Source: Vulcanimicrobiota bacterium (GTDB lineage Bacteria; Vulcanimicrobiota; Vulcanimicrobiia; Vulcanimicrobiales; Vulcanimicrobiaceae). From it: a DNA stretch of 64,000 nt. The number at the start of each line of letters is the position of its first letter. Position 1 is the stretch's first letter. Made by a program: the position numbers and the translations under genes. The notes beneath the pieces were generated by a model. That model was not told the DNA's origin and did no database searches. It saw nothing but the letters and a program-made list of their open reading frames with translations. The stretch covers positions 1,664,001-1,728,000 of the forward strand of contig OY970223.1 in NCBI GenBank assembly GCA_963714015.1, in the 5' to 3' direction. Shown in pieces: positions 29,650 through 40,436 of the stretch.

Positions 29650-31283
29650 ACGCGCCGCTTTTACTTGCCGCAATTTTCAACGGTACCTGGCAGGGTACGC
29701 TGCTTTGCGGTGCCGCCTACGCGGTGTTGCGCCGCGCGCGAAGCTGGAACGCCTCTACGCTGTTTACCGTGTGGAGCATACTGCTTGCGATTTGCGTTGT
29801 GCTGCCGTTTGCCGACTACGCGTTTGCGACCCGCGCGGATACCGTTTGGGTCGAAAAAACGCCGGTAGCCGCGATGCATTCGGTTCATCAATTCGTTGCG
29901 CCGGCGGTTCCTGCGGCCGTTCACCCGTCCGTGCGCGTCGTCGCGGAGCGTGCGGGATTGGAATTCAGCATATTTGCGCGACCGCTGCTCTTGGCGATTG
30001 CGCTTTTAGCGGCGCTGCGGCTGCTGCTTTTGGCACGCGACCTCGGCGGCATGATCGCCGCGCGGCGCGCGGCGCGTCGAATTCAGGCGCCCGTCACCCT
30101 CGCCCGGCCCGTTTGCCGTCCATACGCTTTTGCCGCATCACGATCGCTGACATCACCTTGCGTGCTTGGTTTTCTCCCGGCGCTGATCGTCATTCCGGAG
30201 GCGCTGCTGGAGGCCGGCGCCGCCGAACTGCGTGCAATCGTTTTGCATGAGGCCGAGCACGTGCGCCGGTACGACGACGTGCAAAACGTCCTGCACCGCG
30301 TGGTCGGGGCGATCGGATTTTTTTCTCCGGCGGTGCGAATCGCCTTGCGCGAATTGGCACTGTATCGCGAACAAATCTGCGACGACGCCGCAGTCGACGG
30401 ACTGGGCGATGCCGGGGCCTACGCGCGGGCGTTGACGGATATGGCACAGTGGGCGCAAGGGCGGGGCGTTCCCGTACCGAGTTTCATCTTCACGCGAAAG
30501 CAGCTCGTGCGGCGTTTGGAGATGCTGCTCGACAGCGCGGTAAATCATTCGCTTCGCGTGCAGCGCAAATTTGCGTTTACCGCGGCGGCAGCGGGCATTG
30601 TCACTGCAGTACTCGTGCTGCGTCTGCAGATGCCTGTTGTGGCGCAAGGCGTTATCGTCGCGCAAGCAAGCCGCCCGATCGTGGAGCACCACGCAACGGC
30701 GGCGCGTGCATCGTCACACCACGCCTCACCAAAAGCGGCGGTACGCCCGCCGCCGGCTGCGACGCCTACCGCTGCGCCCGCAGTTTCCCAGCAAGCGACG
30801 CGCGTAATTGCGCCGGAAAAGCGTAAACGCGTGTACTCATCCGCTTCCACATACAAAATAACTGCCGCGCCTTATGCAGTCGGCTATTCCCGATACGCCG
30901 CGGCACCCACCTCGCCGCCCGCCCCGAAACCGCGATCGGAAGATTTACTGGATGCTCTGAACGGCGCCGGGCTCTCGCACCTTTCGGTGGATGATCTCAT
31001 TGCGCTGCACGATAACGGTGTGAGCTCCCGGCTCATCTACGCGGCGCAAGCCTACTTCGGCGCCTCGGTGACTGCGCATATGCTCGTGGAACTTGCCGAT
31101 CGCGGTGTAGCACCGGAGTACCTCCAGTCGCTCAGTTCCGTTGGTTTGCAGGGCTTGGCGGTCGGTGATGTGGAGCGTCTTCGCGATCACGGCGTGACGG
31201 CGCAATACATCCAACGCATTCGCGCGTATAATCCGCGGGCGAGCGTCGACGAAATCGTCCGCCTTCGCGACTCGGGTTTTTAG
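29646..31283 (+). CDS. M56 (BlaR1-type) metallopeptidase with C-terminal helical repeats
   Basis: SPCVLG, HEAEH zinc motif, REQICDD, YARAL; Ala/Pro linker; 4 DxGV/F repeats. Confidence 0.88.
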   Translation: MNAPLLLAAIFNGTWQGTLLCGAAYAVLRRARSWNASTLFTVWSILLAICVVLPFADYAFATRADTVWVEKTPVAAMHSVHQFVAPAVPAAVHPSVRVVAERAGLEFSIFARPLLLAIALLAALRLLLLARDLGGMIAARRAARRIQAPVTLARPVCRPYAFAASRSLTSPCVLGFLPALIVIPEALLEAGAAELRAIVLHEAEHVRRYDDVQNVLHRVVGAIGFFSPAVRIALRELALYREQICDDAAVDGLGDAGAYARALTDMAQWAQGRGVPVPSFIFTRKQLVRRLEMLLDSAVNHSLRVQRKFAFTAAAAGIVTAVLVLRLQMPVVAQGVIVAQASRPIVEHHATAARASSHHASPKAAVRPPPAATPTAAPAVSQQATRVIAPEKRKRVYSSASTYKITAAPYAVGYSRYAAAPTSPPAPKPRSEDLLDALNGAGLSHLSVDDLIALHDNGVSSRLIYAAQAYFGASVTAHMLVELADRGVAPEYLQSLSSVGLQGLAVGDVERLRDHGVTAQYIQRIRAYNPRASVDEIVRLRDSGF

Positions 31284-31296
31284 AAAGGCATACGAA

Positions 31297-32242
31297 GTGA
31301 AAATTGCACTTGCACTCTGCAGTCTACTCTTAATTCTTTCGTTTCCTATGCAGGCACGGAGCGCGGAAACGTACACGGGCACGTGGCACATCGATCCCTC
31401 GGGCGGCGCCGGCACCGTGTCGTTGACGTTGACGTATCGCCGGCAAGACTCCGAAGGCAACGACAGACTGGGAAGAAAGCAACGATACGCCGATCTCGCG
31501 ATTGCAGGGTCTCTCCCAGAGCGATTTGAGTTCATCCGGCGAGCATAAGCATTTCATAATCGCCGGAGATGCCGGCAACTTTGAAGCCGACGGCTGGCTC
31601 GCCCGCGGCCAAGGCTCAGGTACCTGGGTTTTCGTGCCGAACGCGTCGTTCGGTGACGAGCTCCAGCGGCGCGGCATCGGCCGGCCCTCCGGCAAGCAGC
31701 AATTCGAACTTGCAATCGGCGGTTTCCGGTTCTCCATGCTCGACGATCTGAACAGAGCGGGGTTTGAGCGCCCGGGCGTTGACGATCTCGTCCGCATGAG
31801 CGAACACGGCGTCGATTCGCAGTACGTCGATGCGATGCGAAACATCCCGCTACGTCCGAAGACCGTCGGCCAACTCATCCGTATGCGCGATCACGGCGTC
31901 GACGCGGCCTTTGCCGCCGATATGCTGCGGCGCGATCCGCGCCTGACGGGCGACGATCTGGTAAATCTGCGCGACCACGGCGTGAGCACGCAATTCATGG
32001 CTGCACTTCAGGCGTCGGGTCTAAATATTTCCGCCGTCGATGCGATCCGCTTGGCGGACCACGGCGTGAGCACGAGCTTCGTGCAAGGCCTGCAGCGCAT
32101 CGGCTATCATCCGAGCCCCGATGAAATAGTCCGCCTCGCGGACCACGGCGTAAGCATCGATTTTATTCAGCGGATGCGCAGTCACGGTTACACGCATCTG
32201 AGCGTCGACGATCTCATCCGCCTTCGCGACAACGGATTCTAG
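31297..32242 (+). CDS. Secreted protein with ~28-aa LRDHGV repeats (frameshift ~31464)
   Basis: Signal peptide ending ARS; joins ORF 31502-32242 via DWEESNDTP; 6 repeats. Confidence 0.75.
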
Positions 32243-32257
32243 AGAAAGGAAACGCCG

Positions 32258-34331
32258 ATGCGCATTGCTTTGGCATTTATACCTATAATTCTAGGTCTAA
32301 TCGCAAGCGGCGAAGCCGCGGCGGCCGAGCAGGCGAGCTCCAAGTTTACGCTCGTTGCGAAAACGGTGCAGACGCCGCCCCGGATTGACGGCACCTTGAA
32401 CGATCCGCTTTGGCAAACGGCCGCACACGTGCAGCTCGACTGGGACATCACGTTTCAGCGCGCCGCCGACGAGACGACCGACGCGTATCTTCTGGTCGAT
32501 GCGCACTTCCTGTACGTGGCGTTTGTCGCCAAGCAGAAGGAGGCCATCGTCAGCTACCCAGCGCACGAACGATCAATCGCTCAGCAGCGACGACGACGTC
32601 TCGGTCTATGTCTGGCCCGCAGGCGTCGACGGCAATGAATATGGATTCGAAGCGAATCCTGCAGCTACGCGCTACGCCTTCTCCACGGAAAATACAGCGT
32701 TTGCTCCGGTATGGCAGGCGGCGGCAACCCGAACGGCAGACGGCTACGTGATTACGGAGCGCATCCCGCTCGACGTAATGCGCGGCGACGGGCGCGGTAC
32801 ATGGCGGCTGCAATTCGATCGGCGGGTGCGGGCCACCAACCGGCAATTCGAATGGGCGCACAATCCGGCCGCGGGAAGTACCGACACGACGATTTATTCG
32901 GGCTACTTGCAAAATATGGGTATCGCGGCGCGAACGACCCGAACCAAGCCGCGGCTTTCGGTTTATACGCTCGGTGAGATCGCGGACTCGCAGGCAGGCG
33001 GTTCGACCTCGCGCATGGGAGCGGATCTTTCCTTGCCGATAACCAGCACCTCGTCATTCGAGGCGACGTTTCATCCCGATTACTCCAATGTGGAACTCGA
33101 CCAGCAGACGATTTCCCCAACGGCGTTCCCCCGCCGGTTTTCCGAAGTACGCCCGTTCTTTACGCAGCAGCAGAATTTTTTCAATAACTTCAACTGCAAT
33201 GATTGTCTCGACTATCCGCTTCTGTATACCCCTGCCGTCCCGACACCCCGCGACGGATATGCGATGGAAGGCAAACAAGGCCAGTTTTCCTTTGCCGGCT
33301 TTGACTCGATAAGCGACGGCCGCGATGACAATGCGCAGGCGCTTACGTGGAAAACGGACGATCGCCATTTCCAATTCCTGTATCAGCGCGAAGACGTGAA
33401 CCTCCCGGGCGTCGCGGATGACACGCAGTACCTTCAGTCCGTCGTTGGAAACGGGCATAATTTCAACGTCTACTCGACGTTGGGAAATGAGAGCGGTACG
33501 CAGGTAAGCGATCCCGGTGAAGGCCGCTACGGTGAATTCGGCCTCAACCTGTATACGCCGAAGGAAGGGATTTATGCGGCCTACCATGACATCGGGCCGG
33601 AGTATGCACCAATTGACGGTTTCAATCAAATCAACGGCGTGCATGGTCCGACCGTATACGTCCAGCGTGAATTCGATAACGGACCGCACGCCTACGTCCA
33701 AAGTGTCATCGCCTCACAGGATTTCGGCGATATGGAAGATTCGAGCGGCGTCACGAATTACGCTTACAACAGCTCGTACGTCACGGTGCAGACGCGCGAC
33801 GCGTGGTTCTTGGGAGTCTCGGCCGGCGATCAGTACATCCGTTTTCCCGGTCAACCGGGCGGCTTTACGAATCAGGACGGCATCCAACTGTTTCACGGCC
33901 AAAATACGTCGACGCCGAACGGGTTCAGCTACGATTTCGGGCGGTACGGGCAGGGCTATTTGACCAGCATTGACGTACAGGATGCGATCAGGCTCACACG
34001 CCTCGGAACGCTCAGCACGGAGCTGTTTGAGACGAGGGACGCGATGGACAGCGGCGGCGCGCTCACGCAGTGCCTCGAACGGGTTTCGTTGGGCTACCAA
34101 ATCTCGCCCGGACAATCGCTGGCCGTTGGATGGCGGCGCATCATCGGCACTACGCCGCCCTTCTTTACACCTCTGCAGTACATCGACGCGACGAATCTAT
34201 CCCTGGCGTACTACCGTCGCTGGAGCGGAAACGAGTTATACCTGGCGTTCGGAGACCCAAACCAGCTGGCGACCCAACACGATTGGATCCTCAAACTCAT
34301 CCGGTACTTCGGCGCCGACAAGGGCGTCTAG
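32258..34331 (+). CDS. CBM9-like/DUF5916-type outer-membrane protein (frameshift ~32552)
   Basis: PPRIDGTLNDPLWQ, LYVAF, ERIP, PDYSNVELD, F.EVRPFF; beta-strand-rich C-terminus. Confidence 0.72.
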
Positions 34332-34348
34332 CGGCATCTGCTAAGCCG

Positions 34349-37300
34349 TTATGGCGCCGAGAGCTGCTGCAGCCGTGCTTCGCCGCTTCCGGCGAGTCCC
34401 TTGAGTTCGTCGAACGTTTGATACTCGGCCGGCGTGGGTCTGCGGTACGCGCCTTCGAGCGAATTCAGGAGATAGCCCAGCCATTCGCGCAGTTTGGTCG
34501 GGTGAACCACGTCGTACTCGCTGGACGTTCCGCCTAACAGCACCAGGTTTGCGATCTCTGCATCGAGCTGCGCGCGCCGGGGTGCGGGCAGACGGCTGCG
34601 CGCGCCCATCGCTGCAGCGATCGAGCGATCCAGATGATCCATCGTCGCGAGAATTTGTTGCTCGAGCGCCAGTCGCGCTTCCATGTCCCCGGCTGCCGGA
34701 TGTACACGAGGATCCAATTGAATCGTCATTGGTGCGGTCAACCGCTGCGAGCCGTATTGGAGCGCCACGGTGTACGATCCGGGTAATGCCGTCGGGCCGT
34801 CGCCGGCATCGGCGAAGTCGTCCGTTACGTCGTTTGCGTAGCCCGGCGGATCGTACGCCGGCGCCGATTTCATATCCCACTGGAACGCATTCATGCCGGG
34901 TTTTACGGCCGTTTCGTCGGCCAAGTCGTGCGCGCGCTGCTGATTGGCGTCCATTGCGTTACGCTGGTCTTCCGTGAGTTTTGCCTGCTTCTTGGGCGCA
35001 AGGTGTAAATTGAAGGTGCGTATGGCCGTTCCCGCACTGTTGACGAACGCAAGCGTCGCCGGCGTGCTGCCGTTGTACGAGGGGGGCAGGTTGAAGAAGA
35101 CGCGCGCGCCGTAACGCGGATTCTCACCAACGCCGGGTGAGGATTCCGACGAGGAGCCGTACGTTTGCGTCAGCCAAGCGGTCTCAGGCGCGAAGAGTTG
35201 CGCGGTTCCAACGCTCCAAGCGCTTTGGCGCGCGAGTTGCTCGAGCAGCGCTAAATTATCCAAAATCCAGTACGCGCGGCCGTGCGTCGCCGCGACGAGT
35301 TCGCCCTCCCGCGCCGAGATCGCCAAATCCCGAACTTGAACTCCCGGCAGATCGAGAGTGAGCGGCCGCCAATGCGCTCCACCGTCGAGACTTACATACA
35401 CAGTGCTGCGCGTTCCGGTGAAGAGCAGGCGCGGCTCGCGCGGATCCTGCCGAATGACGAAGACGTATTCATCGGACGGCAAGCCGCTGGTAATCGTCTT
35501 CCAATGCGCTCCATAATCGGTCGTCCGATACACGTAGGGATGAAAGTCGTCCCACATGTATCGCGACGCGGTCAGATAAGCGGTCCCTTTATCCGCGCGT
35601 GAAGGCTCGATCGAACTGATTTGGCACCACTGCGGCAGCTGGGGCGGCGTCACCGCGGTCCACGTTGCGCCGTGGTCTTTGGTAACGTGCACCAGTCCGT
35701 CGGCGGATCCGGCCCACAACACGTTCGCGTCAAGCGGCGAAACCGCCAATGAAGAAATATCGGGAAAGGTTTCCACGCCCGTTTGATCGCCGAAAACAGG
35801 TCCGCCCGTCGGTCCTTCGGTGCTGGGGTCGTTGCGCGTCAGATCCGGACTGATGACCTTCCAGTTCTCGCCCTTGTCCATGCTCGAGAAGACGACTTGC
35901 GCCGCAACGAGCAACTCGTGGGGGTCTGAGGGCGAGAAGAAGATCGGATGCGTCCAGCCGAAACGATACTTCGTCTGCGCCGAACTTGCGCCGGCCATAT
36001 AGAACGGCCACGGACTCACGTTTTTTGCCTGATTGGTCTCGCGGTTCAGCTGCAGCATCGAGCTGTAGTATCCCGCTCCATAGGTGACGAGCGGGTCGTC
36101 CGGATCGGGTGCCACGAACGTGCTCTCTCCCGTAGCGGCGGGCTGCCACGAGTTGAAAGCAATCCCTCCGCCGTTTGCGGCGCTCACGTATTCCCACGCG
36201 CCTTCGTCTTGCGATGCGCCGAAAATGTGGAATGGAAACTGATTGTCGAGAGCGACGTGGTAAATCTGTCCCGTCGGCTGATTCGATTCAGTGCTCCAAC
36301 TCTCTCCGCCGTTCGCCGACACCGTGGCACCGCCGTCGTTGCCCTCGAGCAGAATCTTGGGGTCCTTAGGATCGATCCATAGGGTATGATGGTCGCCGTG
36401 CGCGATGCCTTCAAGACCTTTCCACGTCTTACCTGAATCGGTCGTGACGTACATCGAGTCGACGTTCGGAGCATACGCTTTCTTCGGATTAGCCGGGTCC
36501 GCAAAGATGGCGGTGTAGTAAAACGCGCGCTGCCGCAGCTTCCACAAGCTCGTGGTGCGGGTCCATCTCTTGCCGCCGTCATCCGATCGAAAGACGCCGC
36601 CGTCGGCTGCTTGCACGATAGAATACACGATGCGGGGATCCGACTGCGCGACCGAAACGCCGATTTTGCCGAGCGTTCCGGTCGCATAGCCGGGATTGCT
36701 CGAAATCTTCGTCCAGTGCGCGCCGCCGTCGATCGTCTTGTAGAGCCCGCTTCCCGGACCGCCGCTGGTCAACTTCCATGGCACTCGCTGCGCCTGCCAC
36801 ATTGCCGCGTAAACCGTGGCGGGGTCGTGCCAATCCATCGAAAGATCCACGCCGCCCGTGTTTTCGTCAACGAACAGCACTCTGCGCCACGTCTTGCCGC
36901 CGTCGGTGGTCTTGAAAATTCCGCGGTCGGAATTGGGTTTGAACACGTGTCCCATCGATGCCGCGTACACGATATTCGGATCGCGCGGGTCGATCGCCAA
37001 AGCCATAGTGGTGTGCGTGTCGCGCAGACCGGCATACGACCAGCTTTTTCCGGCGTTCGTGGACTTGTAAATGCCGTCACCGGTATCGAAGTCGCCGCGA
37101 ATGTCGGACTCGCCGGTTCCGGCATAGATTACGTTCGCGTTCGACGGGGCAACGGCTAAAGCGCCAATCGAGTCCGCAATGCGCGGAATGTGGCCGTCGG
37201 TAACGTTCGTCCAGTTGGAGCCGTAGTCGGTGCTCTTCCACACGCCGCCTTCCACGCCGCCGAAATAAAACACGTTTGGCCCGCTCGAGGCTCCCGCCAC

Positions 37301-37453
37301 GGCGACGACTCTTCCGCCGATGAACGGTCCGATGCTGCGCCAGTGGAGCTTGCTCATGAGTTGTTCGTCAGGACTCGCTTTCGGCGCGGCCTGTGACGTA
37401 ATGGGTGCCGCCAGCAGAAAGGCGGCGACGACGACGCTGAAAGGACGCTTCAT
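34349..37453 (-). CDS. Secreted VPS10/BNR-repeat glycosyl-hydrolase-like protein
   Basis: WRSIGP..GGR, many (S/T)xDGGxxW Asp-boxes, ISPDLTRND, ATHGR. Confidence 0.88.
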   Translation of the reverse strand: MKRPFSVVVAAFLLAAPITSQAAPKASPDEQLMSKLHWRSIGPFIGGRVVAVAGASSGPNVFYFGGVEGGVWKSTDYGSNWTNVTDGHIPRIADSIGALAVAPSNANVIYAGTGESDIRGDFDTGDGIYKSTNAGKSWSYAGLRDTHTTMALAIDPRDPNIVYAASMGHVFKPNSDRGIFKTTDGGKTWRRVLFVDENTGGVDLSMDWHDPATVYAAMWQAQRVPWKLTSGGPGSGLYKTIDGGAHWTKISSNPGYATGTLGKIGVSVAQSDPRIVYSIVQAADGGVFRSDDGGKRWTRTTSLWKLRQRAFYYTAIFADPANPKKAYAPNVDSMYVTTDSGKTWKGLEGIAHGDHHTLWIDPKDPKILLEGNDGGATVSANGGESWSTESNQPTGQIYHVALDNQFPFHIFGASQDEGAWEYVSAANGGGIAFNSWQPAATGESTFVAPDPDDPLVTYGAGYYSSMLQLNRETNQAKNVSPWPFYMAGASSAQTKYRFGWTHPIFFSPSDPHELLVAAQVVFSSMDKGENWKVISPDLTRNDPSTEGPTGGPVFGDQTGVETFPDISSLAVSPLDANVLWAGSADGLVHVTKDHGATWTAVTPPQLPQWCQISSIEPSRADKGTAYLTASRYMWDDFHPYVYRTTDYGAHWKTITSGLPSDEYVFVIRQDPREPRLLFTGTRSTVYVSLDGGAHWRPLTLDLPGVQVRDLAISAREGELVAATHGRAYWILDNLALLEQLARQSAWSVGTAQLFAPETAWLTQTYGSSSESSPGVGENPRYGARVFFNLPPSYNGSTPATLAFVNSAGTAIRTFNLHLAPKKQAKLTEDQRNAMDANQQRAHDLADETAVKPGMNAFQWDMKSAPAYDPPGYANDVTDDFADAGDGPTALPGSYTVALQYGSQRLTAPMTIQLDPRVHPAAGDMEARLALEQQILATMDHLDRSIAAAMGARSRLPAPRRAQLDAEIANLVLLGGTSSEYDVVHPTKLREWLGYLLNSLEGAYRRPTPAEYQTFDELKGLAGSGEARLQQLSAP

Positions 37454-37548
37454 GAAGGTATTTATGGGCTCGCGAACCGGCGTCTCCTTCTCCATATTAA
37501 CTGCGGCGCGTGCTTGCAGCGATTCTGCGTGGGTAAACCCCCCAATAT

Positions 37549-38739
37549 ATGGGCGACGCGATGCAGGCTGCGTGCAGAAAAACCCAAGCCGGGGCCGATC
37601 GCTTGCCGTTGATACGCCTGCCCAGAGCCATCCTGCCCATATATCTGACCACTTTTGTGGATATGCTCGGCTATACGCTGCTCATTCCGCTGCTGCCGGC
37701 AATCGCGCATCGATACGGTGCTCGCGATTGGGTCGTCGGCATGCTGCTCAGCATCCCCGCAGCCTGCGCCATGGTGGCCGCGCCGGTTTGGGGGAAGGCG
37801 AGCGATCGCACAGGCCGCAAATTCATCATCGTCGTCGCACAAGGATTCACGCTTACCGGATATCTGATTCTCGCGCTCGCCGGTTCGCTTTTCTGGATCT
37901 TCGTGTCGCGTCTCGTCTCGGGCATCGGCGCGGGAAGCATCGGCACGGCGCAATCTTACATCGCAGACGTCACTCAAGAGCAGCAGCGCGATCGCGCCTT
38001 CGCAATTTATGGTGCGGTGTTCGGGGCAGCGTTCATTATCGGACCCGTCGCGGCCGGCGCTATGCTTCGTTACGGTTTGCAATTTCCGTTCTACGTCGCC
38101 GCTGCTCTGGAGGTCTTGAACGTTCTCCTTACCTTATGGCTGCTGCCTGCGCGCACTCGTCAAGAGCGCAAAGAAACGAGTGCGAAAAAATCGATCAAGG
38201 CCGCGTGGAGCCCGAAGATCCGAACCATCCTTATCCGGCAATTCTTGTTCATCTTTGCGGTAGTTTACCTCTTGGCGGATTTTGCGCTCTACCTGCACGA
38301 TCAACTGCATGAGGGAATCCCCCGCGCCAGTTGGCTTCTTGCCGTCACGGGGGCCGTCGGAGGCATAACGTTGATCGGTGCGGTAACGCCGCTCACGAAG
38401 CGGCTTGGTGACCGCACCGTTGCGCAGATCGGCCTGCTCTTGTTGTTTGCCGCCTACGCTTTGATCTATTTCGTGAAGACGCTTGCGTGGTTCTTCCCCG
38501 TGCTCGTGCTGTGGGCGATCGGCGCGGCGATGGTTGAGCCGGCGCTCATGGCGCTTCTGTCGCGGCGCGCTCCGGAAGAAGAACGAGGTGCCATCATGGG
38601 GCTGAGCGACGCAGTGAACAGTGCTGCGCTCGTCGTCTCACCGGCAATCGGCACCGCCATTGTCGGCGCCGATCCAAAGCTGATCGGTATTCTGCCTGCT
38701 ATCGCCGTAGCAGCGGCTTGGATTATCGCGGCCAAGTAG
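37549..38739 (+). CDS. MFS transporter, DHA1/TetA-like (start uncertain)
   Basis: WGKASDRTGRK, AQSYIADVT, FIIGP. Confidence 0.88.
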   Translation: MGDAMQAACRKTQAGADRLPLIRLPRAILPIYLTTFVDMLGYTLLIPLLPAIAHRYGARDWVVGMLLSIPAACAMVAAPVWGKASDRTGRKFIIVVAQGFTLTGYLILALAGSLFWIFVSRLVSGIGAGSIGTAQSYIADVTQEQQRDRAFAIYGAVFGAAFIIGPVAAGAMLRYGLQFPFYVAAALEVLNVLLTLWLLPARTRQERKETSAKKSIKAAWSPKIRTILIRQFLFIFAVVYLLADFALYLHDQLHEGIPRASWLLAVTGAVGGITLIGAVTPLTKRLGDRTVAQIGLLLLFAAYALIYFVKTLAWFFPVLVLWAIGAAMVEPALMALLSRRAPEEERGAIMGLSDAVNSAALVVSPAIGTAIVGADPKLIGILPAIAVAAAWIIAAK

Positions 38740-38751
38740 TCACCGCGCCGG

Positions 38752-39492
38752 CTACGGCGCTTCCTGACTTTCGAGGTATTCGGAGAGCACCGCTCGATCC
38801 AGGAAGGCGATGTGGCCGTGCTCGCGCTTCAACGCGCCCGCCGACTCCAGATAGCCGATCACTCTTGCAGCGGACTCCTTTACGCATCCGGCCGCGGCGC
38901 CGAGGTCGCTCTGCGTCATTTCCGTGAGGTCGCGGCTTGCCGGCAACAGGCCGGTTTCCTGAGCGCAGTAACGCAGAAGTACCGCGGCAACGCGCGCCGT
39001 GAGAGGCCGGCCTTGCGAACCCAGTAGGTCCCTTGCAATGAGATACGTTCGCCGGGCGACGTGGGCGGCCAGGCGGCGCAGCAGACTCGGATCTTTTTCG
39101 ATCGCACTCTCGAAAAGGTCCGAGCGCAACAGCGCATAGGTCGCGCGTTTTGAAACGACGAGCACGTCGCCCGGCGCCGGCACTTCAGCCAGAAATGCGA
39201 CCTCGCCGAATAGCGCGCCCGCGCGGGCTTCATAGAGCTGCAACCGATGGACGCCTCGCATCGGACCTTCGGCGTTTACCGTCACGGCGATTGCGCCCGA
39301 GCAAACGACCCCAATAAAAGGAAACGGTGTTCCGGAAGGTGCGATTCGCGTTCCGCGACGCGCGGCGTCGATCGACGCTCCTACGGCGAGCGGACGAAGC
39401 AGTTCGTCGGCGCATGGCGCAAACAACGGATTTCTTTTCAGGCGACTGAGCACTTCCGACGACCCTGCGCCGGCCTCGCGCGCCTTCGGCAT
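38752..39492 (-). CDS. Crp/Fnr family regulator
   Basis: cNMP-binding fold (GALFGEVA) and HTH MTQSDLGAAAGCVKESAARVI. Confidence 0.85.
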   Translation of the reverse strand: MPKAREAGAGSSEVLSRLKRNPLFAPCADELLRPLAVGASIDAARRGTRIAPSGTPFPFIGVVCSGAIAVTVNAEGPMRGVHRLQLYEARAGALFGEVAFLAEVPAPGDVLVVSKRATYALLRSDLFESAIEKDPSLLRRLAAHVARRTYLIARDLLGSQGRPLTARVAAVLLRYCAQETGLLPASRDLTEMTQSDLGAAAGCVKESAARVIGYLESAGALKREHGHIAFLDRAVLSEYLESQEAP

Positions 39493-39617
39493 TACGGCTG
39501 CGGCAGAATAGGCGGAATGGTACCGGATCTCGGGTCCTGCTGCTCGCACACGGAGTAATTTATCCATGCCGAGCGTTTCGGACCTGCCGCATGCAGCCAG
39601 GTGCGCGCTTGCCGATG

Positions 39618-40334
39618 TCATGCGCGGTTAGCCGCGATGCGCGTAATGGGCCGAACGGCGTCCCACCCGCCGAGTAAAGCGAGGGCGGCAATCGGTTCGA
39701 GCAAAGCCGCCGGACCGTTGCGAAGCTCGATGAATGCGCCGGTGATTCCGCCCGCGGCAAAGCAGATCCAAATGCTTGCGTAAAATGCAAACTCGGCGAA
39801 CTCGCAAGACGCGAGTTTATTGGCGGCCGTTGCAAGCATACCCGTAATGAATGTCGTTCGTACGGGTTGTCCTCCGACGCGCCGGAGGAGCGCATTTTGA
39901 ATCCCCATTGCCGCTGCCGGCCAAAGCACCATCCATTGCATCGCCGGATGGGCGAGCAGCAGAAACACCACCAGGAAAGCCGCCTCAATTGCGGCCACGG
40001 CGCCGAAAATTCGCGAGAATCTTAGTTTAAGCAGTATGCCGGTTAGGGCCATACCCAGCAATGCGCCGGCAAAAAATACGGCAATCGGTTCGAGATGACG
40101 CCACGCCGCCTTCCAATTTCCCGACGCTACGTCGATCGTGAAGGTTACGGTATTGCCGCTCATATGCGAGGTGAAAATATGCGCTAGAAGCAGATAGCCG
40201 ATGCCGTCTACGCTGCCTGCGATCGCCGATAAGTAGAGAGCGATCCACCAGTACTGCTTGGCGATCTCCCGCTGCGGTTGCTTCGTTTTGACTTCCGGCA
40301 CACACAAGAGATACCCGCCCGGCAACTCCAGCAA
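39618..40334 (-). CDS. YoaK/DUF1275 membrane protein
   Basis: AGSVD, FTSHMSGNT, AMGIQNA, RTTFITG. Confidence 0.88.
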   Translation of the reverse strand: MLELPGGYLLCVPEVKTKQPQREIAKQYWWIALYLSAIAGSVDGIGYLLLAHIFTSHMSGNTVTFTIDVASGNWKAAWRHLEPIAVFFAGALLGMALTGILLKLRFSRIFGAVAAIEAAFLVVFLLLAHPAMQWMVLWPAAAMGIQNALLRRVGGQPVRTTFITGMLATAANKLASCEFAEFAFYASIWICFAAGGITGAFIELRNGPAALLEPIAALALLGGWDAVRPITRIAANRA

Positions 40335-40436
40335 TGTTGATCCGGATCAACTTTGCGGCAACAAAGAAGCGCTTTGCGCGTAATGCAATGACAAGCCGGG
40401 AACCAATTTACGGGAACCGCTCCCGGAGGAGTCTTC

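Noticed and set aside
29646..31283. Calling this a blaR1 beta-lactam resistance locus
   Set aside because: No penicillin-binding sensor domain and no beta-lactamase nearby
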